The translations under genes were made by a program, and so were the position numbers. A stretch of DNA of 64,000 bases from positions 480,001-544,000 of the forward strand of contig CAWECG010000004.1 of NCBI GenBank assembly GCA_963807605.1. Reading direction: 5' to 3'. Shown piece by piece: positions 52,774 through 63,300 of this stretch. Below the pieces are notes generated by a model. That model did no database searches, was not told where the DNA came from, and saw only the letters and a list, made by a program, of their open reading frames with translations. How positions within the stretch are numbered: the stretch's first letter is position 1; each line of letters begins with the position of its first letter. Source of the DNA: Candidatus Bathyarchaeota archaeon (GTDB lineage: Archaea > Thermoproteota > Bathyarchaeia > 40CM-2-53-6 > RBG-13-38-9).

Positions 52774-54060
52774 TTAAAGCGATCTCTCCATAGCGGCCAA
52801 TATGGCATCCAGATCTTCTTTGCCGTGTGCTGCACAGATTCCGTTATGGAAGAGGAATCCGTCGTAGGTGTATACCCCATTTTCCAGGAGGTTTCTGTGG
52901 AATTGTTGAGATCGTGCCTTGTCGGATTTTGCGGCTAATCTATAATCTACAATCTCCTTGTCGGTGAAGTAGACGCAGAATTGTCCACCTAATCCTATCA
53001 GCTGAGCCGCGAGTTTGCGATCTGCTGCAATTTCTTGAAATCGCTTGGACAGGTACGCTGTGGACTCATTCATCTTCCTCTGGATGTCCCCGTTGCGTAT
53101 CTGATCTAGAGTGGCAACGCCGGCGGCTACGCAAACCTGGCTCCCATTATAAACCCCACCGTACATGACGCTTCCCCCTGGCGCGCATACCTCCATTATC
53201 TCCTTCTTGCCGGCAACAGCACTTATCGGGTATCCATTTGCCATAGCTTTTGCGAAGGTAGCGACATCGGGAGTCACCCCGTAGTACTCTTGTCCTCCAC
53301 CAGGAGCCAGTCTGAAACCTGTTATAACCTCATCAAAGACCAGAAGAATATCGTGTTTTTCTGTTATCTCACGAAGTTGTTTCAAATATCCTTCTTTCGG
53401 CATGACCGCGCCGCTGTTGAAGACAATCGGCTCGACAATTAGGGCAGCAACTTTCCTTCTGTTTTTCTTTATGGCTTTCTCTGCAACTTCTGCATTATTG
53501 AAAGGTATTACTATCGTGTTCTCTTTGGCATTCTCAGGAATGCCTCCAGTGTCGTAGATCTTGTTGGGAGAATCTTTGGGTCCTGCCTTCCTCAAATCTG
53601 GGTGCAGACTGACTATGACGGTGTCACTCCAACCGTGATAGCCCCCCTCCATCTTGATTATTTTGTCTTTCTTGGTGTAACCTCTGACAATCGTCAAAGC
53701 ATGTGCAACTGCTTCGGTTCCGGATAACGAGAACTTAACCATCTCAGCGCAAGGAACGATCTCATGCATTCTTTCAGCTAATCTGTTACTGGTCTCGCTT
53801 TCGACGCCGCAAGTGAGACCCGATTCAAGTTCCTTTCTCACAGCGTCGGTAACAATGGGGTCTCCATGACCTAGGATTAGAGCCCCATAATTCACTACGC
53901 AGTCAATGTAAGCGTTCCCGTCTATATCGAAAAGCTTGGAACCCTGGCCTCTCTCAAATACATATGGAAATGGTTCCACGAATCTTATGTTTGAATGAAT
54001 GCCACCTGGAACGATTTTGCTCGCTCGATCGTACAGCTCTTTCGTTTTCGGCCTATCCAT
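52774..54060 (-). CDS. Class III PLP aminotransferase (GSA-aminomutase-like)
   Basis: DIDGNAYID, SGTEA, GGYHG, FDEVITGFR, FAKAMANG. Confidence 0.92.
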   Translation of the reverse strand: MDRPKTKELYDRASKIVPGGIHSNIRFVEPFPYVFERGQGSKLFDIDGNAYIDCVVNYGALILGHGDPIVTDAVRKELESGLTCGVESETSNRLAERMHEIVPCAEMVKFSLSGTEAVAHALTIVRGYTKKDKIIKMEGGYHGWSDTVIVSLHPDLRKAGPKDSPNKIYDTGGIPENAKENTIVIPFNNAEVAEKAIKKNRRKVAALIVEPIVFNSGAVMPKEGYLKQLREITEKHDILLVFDEVITGFRLAPGGGQEYYGVTPDVATFAKAMANGYPISAVAGKKEIMEVCAPGGSVMYGGVYNGSQVCVAAGVATLDQIRNGDIQRKMNESTAYLSKRFQEIAADRKLAAQLIGLGGQFCVYFTDKEIVDYRLAAKSDKARSQQFHRNLLENGVYTYDGFLFHNGICAAHGKEDLDAILAAMERSL

Positions 54061-54159
54061 GATAATTCACAATTTTTATGTCGTAAGAACGGCACATATT
54101 TAAGACTTGACCGTACGAAGCTCATGTCAAGCCCATCATTTCACCGAGGAGATAGGAGA

Positions 54160-54924
54160 ATGCCCGCAAACCGATTTGGTCTAGAAGGAAAGGTGGCCAT
54201 CGTTACTGGGAGCGGTCGAGGGATCGGGAAAGCCATCGCACTTGGGTTAGCGGAAGGTGGGGCTGACGTTGTGGTTTGCTCTCGCACGCAACCGCAAATA
54301 GAACGTGTGGCGCAAGAGATCCGAAGCCTAGGGCGAAAGGCCTTGCCAATAGTTGTTGATCTGACGAAAATGTCAGATTTGGAGCGACTGGTGGAGGAGA
54401 CACTAAGAAGCTTCCAGCACATCGACGTACTTGTCAACAATGCGGGTTATGCTAATCTAGCTCCGGCTGAGCAGGTGCAGGAGCGGGACTGGGATTGTGG
54501 GATGACTGTGAATGTCAAGGCTCCTTTCTTCCTTTCTCAGAAAGTTGGAAGGATAATGATCCGACAGGGAAAAGGTGGCAGTATCATAAATATCACCTCT
54601 GAGGTCGTTGAGAAAGTAGAGCTGAACGTTGGCTCTTATTGCCCCAGCAAGGCAGCTCTAAACAGTGTAACCAAGGTTCTAGCCAAAGAATGGGGCAAAC
54701 ACAAGATCAGGGTAAACTCCCTAGCCCCCTGTTTTGTTGACACGGAGCTCAATGCGCCGTTCTTCGCACAGAAGGAATGGTACAAATCAAAATTAAGTCT
54801 TGTTCCTCTGGGCCGTCATAGTGTTCCAGAGGATCTGGTAGGAGCAGCCATCTTCTTAGCCTCGGATGCTTCCAGCTATATTACAGGGACAACTCTACTG
54901 GTAGACGGAGGACTTACTGCCTAG
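54160..54924 (+). CDS. SDR oxidoreductase (KduD/gluconate 5-dehydrogenase-like)
   Basis: TGSGRGIG, NNAG, YCPSK. ATG 54160 after GGAG. Confidence 0.92.
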   Translation: MPANRFGLEGKVAIVTGSGRGIGKAIALGLAEGGADVVVCSRTQPQIERVAQEIRSLGRKALPIVVDLTKMSDLERLVEETLRSFQHIDVLVNNAGYANLAPAEQVQERDWDCGMTVNVKAPFFLSQKVGRIMIRQGKGGSIINITSEVVEKVELNVGSYCPSKAALNSVTKVLAKEWGKHKIRVNSLAPCFVDTELNAPFFAQKEWYKSKLSLVPLGRHSVPEDLVGAAIFLASDASSYITGTTLLVDGGLTA

Positions 54925-55277
54925 CGCTCTGGTATTCTCCGGCACGGATCTCCATATTACCTGATTCGCCTAGGATTTGAGCAAGTTCATATTTTCTCCG
55001 CATCCTTTTGGCAGCCCATCCTCCCCCTCGTATTGACATATCGTTTCCAGCCAGAATCCTGAAGCAGCCAGTCTCGGCGCTACAATCTGAGCAGATTTCA
55101 GGTGGAGATTAACCTGTTTCTTTGGCTGCTTTGTTAACCTTCGATAGTATTCTCAGATTCCGGGATGAATCGAATAGAGTCCCATCTCATCGTTGAACTT
55201 AATTAGAGAGGATTTGAGCAAGAAACCCCACATGCTTTAGCGGTGGGATGAATTGCGTTCCAGAGCGAGACGCCAGA

Positions 55278-55290
55278 TGTTTAAATTTTT
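55278..55290 (+). promoter_or_regulatory. Putative archaeal TATA box of tnpB
   Basis: TTTAAATT ~35 nt upstream of the start, conserved in the A and B left ends. Confidence 0.5.
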
Positions 55291-55316
55291 AGGTCAACAT
55301 ATGTTTGTGAGGTGCT

Positions 55317-56504
55317 GTGATGCTTCTAGCCTACAAGTACCGCATCTATCCGAACAGGGACCAAGAGGAAAAACTCGCAAAGACACTCAACACCTGTCGA
55401 ATCCTCTATAACCTTATGCTTGCGGAACGCAGAGACAAATATGGAAACGACGGAAGATCACCATCTTTCTACGAGCAGAAACGAGGACTCGTAAACGCCA
55501 AAAACACCAGCCACTATCTCCAAGATGTCCACTCACAAGTCTTGCAAGACGTCGCTCTACGCATAGACAGGACTTTCAACGCTTTCTTTGATAGAGCAAG
55601 AAAGAAGAAAGAAGGCAAGTGGAATGGCAAGGTCGGATACCCCCGCTTCAAGGGACGCAACCAGTACGACAGTTTCACATACCCACAATACGGGAACGGA
55701 TGCAAGCTAACTACTGGAAAGTTGTTTCTCTCAAAGATAGGCTCGATACGAATTGTACAACACAGACCTATAGAAGGAACAGTGAAGACTTGCACCATCC
55801 GCAGAGACGTCGACAGGTGGTATGCATGCTTCCCAGCGGAGATACATGTCACAGTACTGGAGACGAGGCATCCAAAGAACCCAGTCGGCGTTGATGTCGG
55901 TCTGAAATCATTCATAACCCTGAACAATGGCGAGAAGATAGAGCCACCAAAATACCTACGGAAGATGCAAAAAAGGTTGAGGAGAGAGCAACGCCGACTA
56001 TCAAGAAAGAAGAAAGGATCGAATAATCAAGATAAACAACGCATCAAGGTGGCGAGAGTCCATCGCAAAGTGCGCTTGCAGAGAACAGACTTCAACCATA
56101 AGCTAAGCCATACGCTCGTGAATAGATTCGACCTAATAGCATTTGAACGCCTATCAATAAGAAACATGATACGAAATCATCATCTTGCCAAATCAATAGC
56201 AGACGCTTCATGGCATCAACTACAAACCTTCACCTCTTACAAAGCAGAATACGCTGGTAAGAACGTGAGATTTGCTGAATCACGTGACACAACTACAGAA
56301 TGTTCAAGATGTGGATTTCCAGTACCGAAGAACCTTTCCGAGCGGATGCACCTGTGTCCAAACTGTGAACTCATGAAGGATAGAGACTGGAATTCCGCAG
56401 TAAATATTCTGAATCGAGTAGGGTGGGACACACCCGAATCTACGCCTGCGAAGATTGAACCTATACCTCTACCGCAAAAGAGAGGAGGCAAGTTCGGTCG
56501 ATGA
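55317..56504 (+). CDS. tnpB: TnpB (family A), intact
   Basis: Near-identical to 25-1212. Confidence 0.96.
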   Translation: MMLLAYKYRIYPNRDQEEKLAKTLNTCRILYNLMLAERRDKYGNDGRSPSFYEQKRGLVNAKNTSHYLQDVHSQVLQDVALRIDRTFNAFFDRARKKKEGKWNGKVGYPRFKGRNQYDSFTYPQYGNGCKLTTGKLFLSKIGSIRIVQHRPIEGTVKTCTIRRDVDRWYACFPAEIHVTVLETRHPKNPVGVDVGLKSFITLNNGEKIEPPKYLRKMQKRLRREQRRLSRKKKGSNNQDKQRIKVARVHRKVRLQRTDFNHKLSHTLVNRFDLIAFERLSIRNMIRNHHLAKSIADASWHQLQTFTSYKAEYAGKNVRFAESRDTTTECSRCGFPVPKNLSERMHLCPNCELMKDRDWNSAVNILNRVGWDTPESTPAKIEPIPLPQKRGGKFGR

Positions 56505-56560
56505 AACAGGAAGCCCACAGCTTTAGCCGTGGGAGGATGTCACATTCTTATCTACCAACG
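56380..56560 (+). ncRNA. Predicted omegaRNA/reRNA (5' boundary approximate); equivalents expected at every right end
   Basis: Known TnpB architecture: scaffold overlaps the tnpB 3' end and right end, guide is the flank after TCAC (ATTCTTATCTACCAACG). Confidence 0.55.
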
Positions 56561-57024
56561 AATCAATAATCTCCTCTCTTCTCTTTCCAAGAAGACGCGC
56601 GCGCCAAACTGGGGGATACAGCCTTCGGCTACCCACGAGAAAGTCAGCACAGCCATAAGAGATGACTTGTTTTTCTCCACACGCTCTGCAGTTTTGGCGC
56701 TAAGGCAAAGAACACCATTTGATAATCTCCGCAGATCAGCGAGAGCTAGGAAACACCAGAGCCCGTAACCCTCCGAGCTGTTCTGATTTGTCATCGGAAT
56801 CATATAAGGCCAGACAGGAAGAACCCTTGCTTGAGAGTGGCTTCGCTTGCGGTAACAGTTCACTTAGCTGACGGATGATCAGGCGAGGAATAAAATGTCG
56901 ACAAACGTTGAAGCCGATAAGTCAGTCATGAAGATAAATGTTCTCGTAATCTGATGGGCTTCACGCTGTCTAGCGCGCCTATGTTACGACCTTCGCCTAA
57001 TGATCGGCAGTACATCGATACTTT

Positions 57025-58239
57025 TTACATAGGGTATGGTGCCCAGAGAAATTGATGCCAAAGAACAAGGCAATGAATGTAAAAGAGGAAGAGTATTAGA
57101 ATTAATACGAGTATGTTCTTTATCTTGACATTCAACCATATTGGAAAAATAAAGGATGTATAACGAATTATACCATTAGTGTACCCGAATAGTATGATAA
57201 GCATGAACATGGCTATTGAGTAGACTGCGAGTTTCCAATCGATTTTGTAAGAGCTTATGGCGAAATATCCGATCAAGACTATGAAGGCTAAGGCGTATGC
57301 ATGGAAGTAGTGAAAGAAACTTATAGGTCTGGCCGATGTGAAAATTGGAACTATAAAGTCTCTGAACCAATAGTTGCCGAAGTTTATGCGTGAAACTTGC
57401 CATGTCGCCGTATTCAGCTCCAGAACAAGTCGATTCGCTAGGCCCTTCTGGATAAAGGAAAGCATTACTGCAAACAAAATGAATACAGGTATCGATGTAA
57501 GGAGGGCATCTTTCCATTTCCTACGGATGAGATTATCTAACAAAATGGGCAAGACTATTAGAACTCCATAGGTTTTGCTTAGTACAGCAAGTAAAGAGCA
57601 GAGACTTGAAAGGAGCGCTTTGTCTTTTAGATGGAAGTATCAGGAGGTCAATACAGCAAAGAGAAAAAGAGACTCAGAATATGCTACCGTTGTAAATAAG
57701 AAAATGTAAGGGAAGAATGACATGACAATTGTGCTTCCTAGGGCCTCACCTTTTGTCATATAACATTCAGCGATAGCTTGGAAGATCGGCAGCGAAACAA
57801 AACCAAGAATTACGGAGATCAAGAAGGCTGAAAGCCAAAAGTTGCCCGAAGCGTATCCAAAGACTCTGATTAGAAATGGGTAGCCGGGAAAGAATGTTCG
57901 ATCCAGTGAGAATGATAAACTCTGAGCCATACTAACATACCAAGACGTATCCCAAGCCATGAAAAGGTACAGCCACCGAGGCTCTATCGGGCCCCATATA
58001 TTCATCCACGGCGTTCCGAAGATGCCGTCCTGAAGCGACTTATTATATGTCCAGATGCTACCAAGAATCTTGAAGACGCCCACCAAGATGACGGGAACAG
58101 CAAAGCGCACCCTGCTTCTCATGAGGAGTCCTGAGATGCGCGGGAGAATATGCCTATCAAAACGCAACATGGACAAGGCAGATCTCCATACCTGACCCAG
58201 CTGTACAGAGTACGTCAGCAACCAGACCAGTCCCCTCAT
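57025..58239 (-). pseudogene. PIG-V-like GT-C mannosyltransferase interrupted by an in-frame TGA (57640-57642)
   Basis: AWDTSWY, FFPGYP, AYSESLFL. The two ORFs share a frame with 29 open codons between them. Confidence 0.8.
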
Positions 58240-58490
58240 CAGCGTAGAGCTACTTATCTCTTCCCTTAGTTGATTGAGCTGAGAATTTGTCGGTTACCTG
58301 TCTGAGTTGTAGCAACAATAGATTCAGGTTTACCCTTCATCGCCCGCGTCACGGACGCGCGTGCTATGGCAGAGTTTCAAGAACTCGATTGAATACACTC
58401 AATGTTGGGAATGTCGATATCTCAATATGACTATGGATAATAAGGCTAAATAACGCTGCCTCACCACCAATAATAATAGCCGGCTTCAGT

Positions 58491-59885
58491 TTGGTCAAAA
58501 CATTTCGGAGTGTCGGCACACAATTAGACAACGAACAGTACAACAAGCTGATCCAACTCATTATTATTATTTTCATGGCGTTCTTGCTGCGTTTTCTACT
58601 CGCTACGTCTGCGGCACTTGACTATGACGAGGCATTTACGTATGCGCCAGCGGCTCAATCATACTTGAGCGGAATTTGGACGGCAAACATTGGACACCCC
58701 ATGGTAATGAAGCTCCTCTTTGCCGGCAGCACCGTGCTTTTTGGCGCCAACGGAAAAATTGTGTTCCTGTTCCCGTGGTTACCTGAGAATATTGGCGCAA
58801 TTCGTCTCGTCTCCGTGATAATGGGCACGCTGACAGTTCTAATCGTCTACTTTCTAGCTAGAGATCTGGGCTGTACGCATACGGGTGCAATCATTCCATG
58901 CATTGTACTGGCCTTCGACCCGATCTCAATTGCAGAATCATCGTATGGTCTGTTGGACCCCGGAATGACTTTCTTCTATATGTGTTCGGTGCTCTTCTTC
59001 CTTCGATATATCAAAGGAGGGAAGACGATACATTTCTACCTAAGTGCAGTCCTGTTTGCGTTGTCAATCGCAAGTAAGTATTATGCGTTCATCGGCATTT
59101 TCGTGCTGCTAGGAATTCTGCTTTATAAGAGGAGACTTCAATCGGAATGGAAGTCAATGGCGGTTTATTTCTGGATCGTTGTGTTCGTGGTTTTTGCGGT
59201 TCAGCCTTATCTGTGGTCAAGCCCACTTGTCCATCTCTCACAGGTTTGGATATACAACAGAATCCATCTTACAGTTGGTCATCCAGTCAAGGTTCCTGGA
59301 AATCCATTCTTAATCCCCAGACAACAATTATCGGGGTTGCCTTGGCCGCACGTCGACTCAAACCCACTCTCTTCGAAACCTGACTTCTATGCGGACCCAT
59401 CGCAGGCTGTTCAAAGCCCGTGGTGGTACATGGTCTACATCCAAGCGATGTACAGCACACCATTCGAGATTCTCGTCTATCCGCTTGCCCTGTACAAGAT
59501 TGGCATATCAATCATCAAACGCCGAGTAACCGATCTGATTGCGATAGGAACACTATTGACCTCAGTCCCACTTCTTTACTTCGCTCTGCAAACCGTTAGA
59601 CTCCCTCAATACGGCATTCTCATGAGCACTTCATCCGTAATCCTGACCTCGATAGTTTTTCTTCATCTTAACAGAGGACGCCAACGGTATTTCCTAGTCT
59701 CGCTGACGTTCCTCCAGGTAATCTGGACCCTTATCTTCTTCCTGACTTCTGCTAATCGCTTCACTGGATGGGAGTTCTACTATACCCCACTTACACCGGT
59801 GCTCGCTCACCTCTTTCATTTGTTGTACACGCGGAGTGCTTCTTCTCTTCTTATGGTCTCTTTCAAAAACGCCCTAACTCTGTAG
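58491..59885 (+). CDS. GT-C glycosyltransferase (PMT/ArnT-like)
   Basis: YDEAFTY, GHPMVMK, RLVS, ASKY; polytopic. Confidence 0.85.
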   Translation: MVKTFRSVGTQLDNEQYNKLIQLIIIIFMAFLLRFLLATSAALDYDEAFTYAPAAQSYLSGIWTANIGHPMVMKLLFAGSTVLFGANGKIVFLFPWLPENIGAIRLVSVIMGTLTVLIVYFLARDLGCTHTGAIIPCIVLAFDPISIAESSYGLLDPGMTFFYMCSVLFFLRYIKGGKTIHFYLSAVLFALSIASKYYAFIGIFVLLGILLYKRRLQSEWKSMAVYFWIVVFVVFAVQPYLWSSPLVHLSQVWIYNRIHLTVGHPVKVPGNPFLIPRQQLSGLPWPHVDSNPLSSKPDFYADPSQAVQSPWWYMVYIQAMYSTPFEILVYPLALYKIGISIIKRRVTDLIAIGTLLTSVPLLYFALQTVRLPQYGILMSTSSVILTSIVFLHLNRGRQRYFLVSLTFLQVIWTLIFFLTSANRFTGWEFYYTPLTPVLAHLFHLLYTRSASSLLMVSFKNALTL

Positions 59886-59960
59886 GCAGTACCACAGATG
59901 CCCTTAATTGGTATAGCGCGCTCGCGCTAGAGGCCTTCACATAGGCGCTAACACGATAAT

Positions 59961-60884
59961 CTATTTGAAGATCATAAACACGGGATGATTACTGGTCAGT
60001 GGCTTTATCCCGAATTCTTGCCTCATGCTGTATGAGACGTAGGCGTCCGCTAGGGCGCATGCGGGATATATTTCAGCAGCTCTTTTTGCAGGACCGTATA
60101 GTAGGAAATTGGCGCCCATCACTATTGGGGTTACGTGAGCTACTGCATTGTTGATCCTGTAAGCTAAGGGGTCTTGCTTCTTTCTGGAGACCCATCGGTC
60201 CACTGCGTTGTGGACCCCCGCTCCTGATGGGAGACCGAACTCCTTTTTCACCGTGTAGCAAGCTTTAGCGACGGGCCCCGGATCAGGAATATCAAGGACT
60301 GTTGTGTCGACCAGCATCTTCTGGACTCCGGCCTCTGACGCGACACTGATCAAGCCCTTTCTTTCTGGTGAGTCTCTGAGCGTTGATAGTTTGCCAGCGA
60401 TCGTCATGTTCCTAGAATTGTAAGTCAGTAGAATAGATGCCGTTATCTTGGCGTCCTTAATAGCATCCAGCTCTTCAGGTTTAGCCTCTGGACTTATTGA
60501 GTTGAATACTGCTCTGTCTGAGAGGCCGATCTCACCCACGTGTTTCGTAGCTGTGGCTCTGACTGCTGCAGTGGTGCCGTCTACCAAGAATGGTCCTTCA
60601 ATCTTCTCTGAAACGAAATCTATGAACTTCGCGATGGCCTTCGGCCAAGCTCCACAAACATCGACTATTCTAGGATTTCCAGTCTTCTGCGACATCTCTG
60701 CTTCGGCTCGGAGTATCTCCTCGGCCTTAACCTTGTCGAAGGTTCCTTCCTCCTCATTATTGATGATTTTGTCGCCATGGTAGAATATGCTGCCGATCAT
60801 TACTGTAGGAAGCTGACCAGGTTGTCCTCCGATCTTCACGCCACCAATGTCAAAGATCTTTTGTTCTTTTTCAAATTTGAACAT
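59961..60884 (-). CDS. mtrH: Tetrahydromethanopterin S-methyltransferase subunit H family
   Basis: MFKFEKEQ..GGQPGQLPTV.IGSIFY, TGNP, G..HNA, GANFLLYGP. Confidence 0.9.
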   Translation of the reverse strand: MFKFEKEQKIFDIGGVKIGGQPGQLPTVMIGSIFYHGDKIINNEEEGTFDKVKAEEILRAEAEMSQKTGNPRIVDVCGAWPKAIAKFIDFVSEKIEGPFLVDGTTAAVRATATKHVGEIGLSDRAVFNSISPEAKPEELDAIKDAKITASILLTYNSRNMTIAGKLSTLRDSPERKGLISVASEAGVQKMLVDTTVLDIPDPGPVAKACYTVKKEFGLPSGAGVHNAVDRWVSRKKQDPLAYRINNAVAHVTPIVMGANFLLYGPAKRAAEIYPACALADAYVSYSMRQEFGIKPLTSNHPVFMIFK

Positions 60885-61065
60885 GTATCTCACGTTCTTT
60901 AATGCGTCGCAGCAGATTGCTCGTAAGGGGGTGTACGTTGATATACAAATCTATTAAAACTATTTGTAGCATCCGAATGCGGGGTGCTCTTCTGACCATG
61001 CGTTTTCACCTCTATAGACAGAAATAATATATCCAAAGCTGGGTTGTAGAATCTGGGTAAAGAGT

Positions 61066-61947
61066 ATGAATAATATTGACATAGTCTCAGACTTGATTCG
61101 AGACTCGATTGACGTTCACATGCATACGGCGCCAGACGTGCACCCTAGAAGTGTAGATGATGTCGAGGCAGCAATGCAGGCAAAGCAAGCGGGCATGAAG
61201 GCAATTCTGATAAAGTGTCACCACACCAACACCTCTGACAGAGCCCAGATCGCTAGCAAAGTCTCAGGCTTTCCTGTGTTTGGAGCAGTCACTTTGAATC
61301 ATGCGGTTGGAGGCCTGAATCCGGATGCTGTCTTGGCTGCGATAGAGATGGGGGCAAAAGAGGTGTGGATGCCAACGATCAATTCTGTCCCCTTCCTGAA
61401 ACGCGCTGATTCCGTGCCCGCGCTTGCAAAAGCGATCCCTGAAGGGACAAAGGGAATAAGCCTCATCGATGAGAAGGGAAGGCTGGTTCCGGAACTCTAC
61501 CGGATTATTGAGCTGGTGGCGAAACACAAAATAGCCCTTGGGACTGGTCACGTCTCACCAGAAGAGGCCAAAGTACTGGTAGACGAGGCTAGAAGGGCCG
61601 GGGTTGAGCGTATTCTTCTGACACACCCTACCATAGACTTCCTGGATTACTCTAAGGAAGCAATGAAAGAATTTGCGAAGTTGAGCGTACTTATTGAACA
61701 CGACTACGTAATCTGCACAAAGCAGGTCAGAGACTCTGTTCCGCCCAGCCGGCTGGCGGATGCAATAAAGTACGTCGGGGCTGAGAACTGCATAATGGCT
61801 ACTGATGGCGGCCAGAAGATCAACCCGCCACCGGTGGAAATGTTCAGGCAATTCATCTCAGACATGCTGGAGAATGGAATAAAGAAGGAAGAAATCAGAT
61901 TAATGATCTCTGACAACCCAGCAAGAGTTTTGGGACTGAAAACCTAA
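61066..61947 (+). CDS. DUF6282-like amidohydrolase-fold metalloprotein
   Basis: DVHMHTAPD, IKCH, VWMPT, TGH, THP, TDGGQ, NPAR. Confidence 0.85.
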   Translation: MNNIDIVSDLIRDSIDVHMHTAPDVHPRSVDDVEAAMQAKQAGMKAILIKCHHTNTSDRAQIASKVSGFPVFGAVTLNHAVGGLNPDAVLAAIEMGAKEVWMPTINSVPFLKRADSVPALAKAIPEGTKGISLIDEKGRLVPELYRIIELVAKHKIALGTGHVSPEEAKVLVDEARRAGVERILLTHPTIDFLDYSKEAMKEFAKLSVLIEHDYVICTKQVRDSVPPSRLADAIKYVGAENCIMATDGGQKINPPPVEMFRQFISDMLENGIKKEEIRLMISDNPARVLGLKT

Positions 61948-62000
61948 GTCGTGCATTGCTTGCCCATACTCTGAACCGTTGATTGCTAAGAGGTGGATTC

Positions 62001-63293
62001 ATGACGCAGGTATCAATTCCATATGGCGAAGACAGGCTCAAGCTTGGGGTAGAAGACAAGCATCTAGTTACAGTTGCAGCACCGAGGCAAACCCGGCCTA
62101 TTAGCGATCTCGACACGGCTGTGATGCAGGCTCTTGAGAGGCCTCTCAGAAGTCCGAGCTTCAAGAGTCTTCTTGGTCCAGACAAAAAGGTTGCGTTGCT
62201 AATAGACAACTTTGCACGGCCGACACCAGAACATTCGATTCTACCGCCAATTTTGAAGGCAATCCGAGATGCCCGGGCTGAACCTTCAATAATTGTCGCA
62301 AATGGTGGACTAAGAGCCACCACAGATGATGAGCTTGAGGTAAAGCTTGGAAAGGAGATTCTCAAAAGTGGAATTCCAGTGATCCAAAGCGTCGCGAAGC
62401 GCAAGGAGGATTTTGTGTTTCTCGGTGTTACAAGTTACGGAACACCTGTGGAGGTCAACAGAGCATTTCTCAACGCAGATGTCAGGTTAGGCATACACAC
62501 GACACAGATGACTTTGTGGGGGTATGGTGGCGGGGGCTCAATCGTCCTGCCTGGAGTCTCTTCATTCCAGACCATAGAGTGGAATCATCGCTTGGCTATC
62601 TCTCCAAGATCGATAGAGCCAGGATACGTTGGGGAAGAGAATCATATGAGAAACGATATCGAAGAGGCTGCGAAGCTCGCTCGAATTGACATAGTCCTTA
62701 ATGCGGTCCTCGATGTTGATGGCAATGTTGTCGATATGGCGGCCGGAGCCTCTCGCGAGTCACATATGGCCTCCATAGAAAAATTTGATGAAATATACTC
62801 CTACCCGGTAAACTGGTCAGACAAGGTGGATATTTCGATAAGCGGGTCCTTAAGCTGGGATAAGTACCTGGCGCATTCCTGCTGGCCCATCTCAACATTG
62901 GATCCCGTGACTAAGGATGGTGGGACAATAATCTTGGCGACGCCTAGCCCGGGAGGCTTGGCGCATTTCTCCTACATACGGGATTATCTTCCTGCCACGG
63001 AAGAGAGTTGGCGAAGACTCCTAGGCGATATCTTCAATGGTAAACAGGAGCTCTGGCATGCTATACTCTGGTACCCGATCCACTGCGTCCTCCAGAAAAA
63101 GAAGGTCATAGTCGTAACTGGAAAAGATAACGTCAAATCACTAAACGATATGGGGATCGAGTCGACAATCTCGATTGATGAAGCTTACGATCTTGCGCTT
63201 GGTAGGAGCCCGAGAGACGCCAAAGTTCTAGTCGCTCCTTACGGCAAATGGATGAAGCCAAAGCGTCTAGGGTCGAAGAACTCTTCTAGGTAG
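62001..63293 (+). CDS. LarA (lactate racemase) superfamily protein, divergent
   Basis: ALERPL, D..RPTP, LGVTSYGTPVEVN, LPGV, NH, MRNDIEEAA. Confidence 0.85.
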   Translation: MTQVSIPYGEDRLKLGVEDKHLVTVAAPRQTRPISDLDTAVMQALERPLRSPSFKSLLGPDKKVALLIDNFARPTPEHSILPPILKAIRDARAEPSIIVANGGLRATTDDELEVKLGKEILKSGIPVIQSVAKRKEDFVFLGVTSYGTPVEVNRAFLNADVRLGIHTTQMTLWGYGGGGSIVLPGVSSFQTIEWNHRLAISPRSIEPGYVGEENHMRNDIEEAAKLARIDIVLNAVLDVDGNVVDMAAGASRESHMASIEKFDEIYSYPVNWSDKVDISISGSLSWDKYLAHSCWPISTLDPVTKDGGTIILATPSPGGLAHFSYIRDYLPATEESWRRLLGDIFNGKQELWHAILWYPIHCVLQKKKVIVVTGKDNVKSLNDMGIESTISIDEAYDLALGRSPRDAKVLVAPYGKWMKPKRLGSKNSSR

Positions 63294-63300
63294 CGTGTGC

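Larger units (their letters stand above)
55207..56543 (+). mobile_element. TnpB-only IS200/IS605 element, family A copy 2
   Basis: After TTAG (55203-55206); ends AGGATGTCAC. Confidence 0.94.

Noticed and set aside
56552-56863. 103-aa ORF and nearby C/D-box-like words
   Set aside because: No recognisable protein features or RBS; box motifs incomplete.
57640-57642. TGA as selenocysteine or genetic-code reassignment
   Set aside because: Context suggests Trp, and many genes here end in TGA.
59961-60884. mtrH as evidence of methanogenesis
   Set aside because: No mtrA-G or mcr in the window; stand-alone MtrH homologs occur in non-methanogens.
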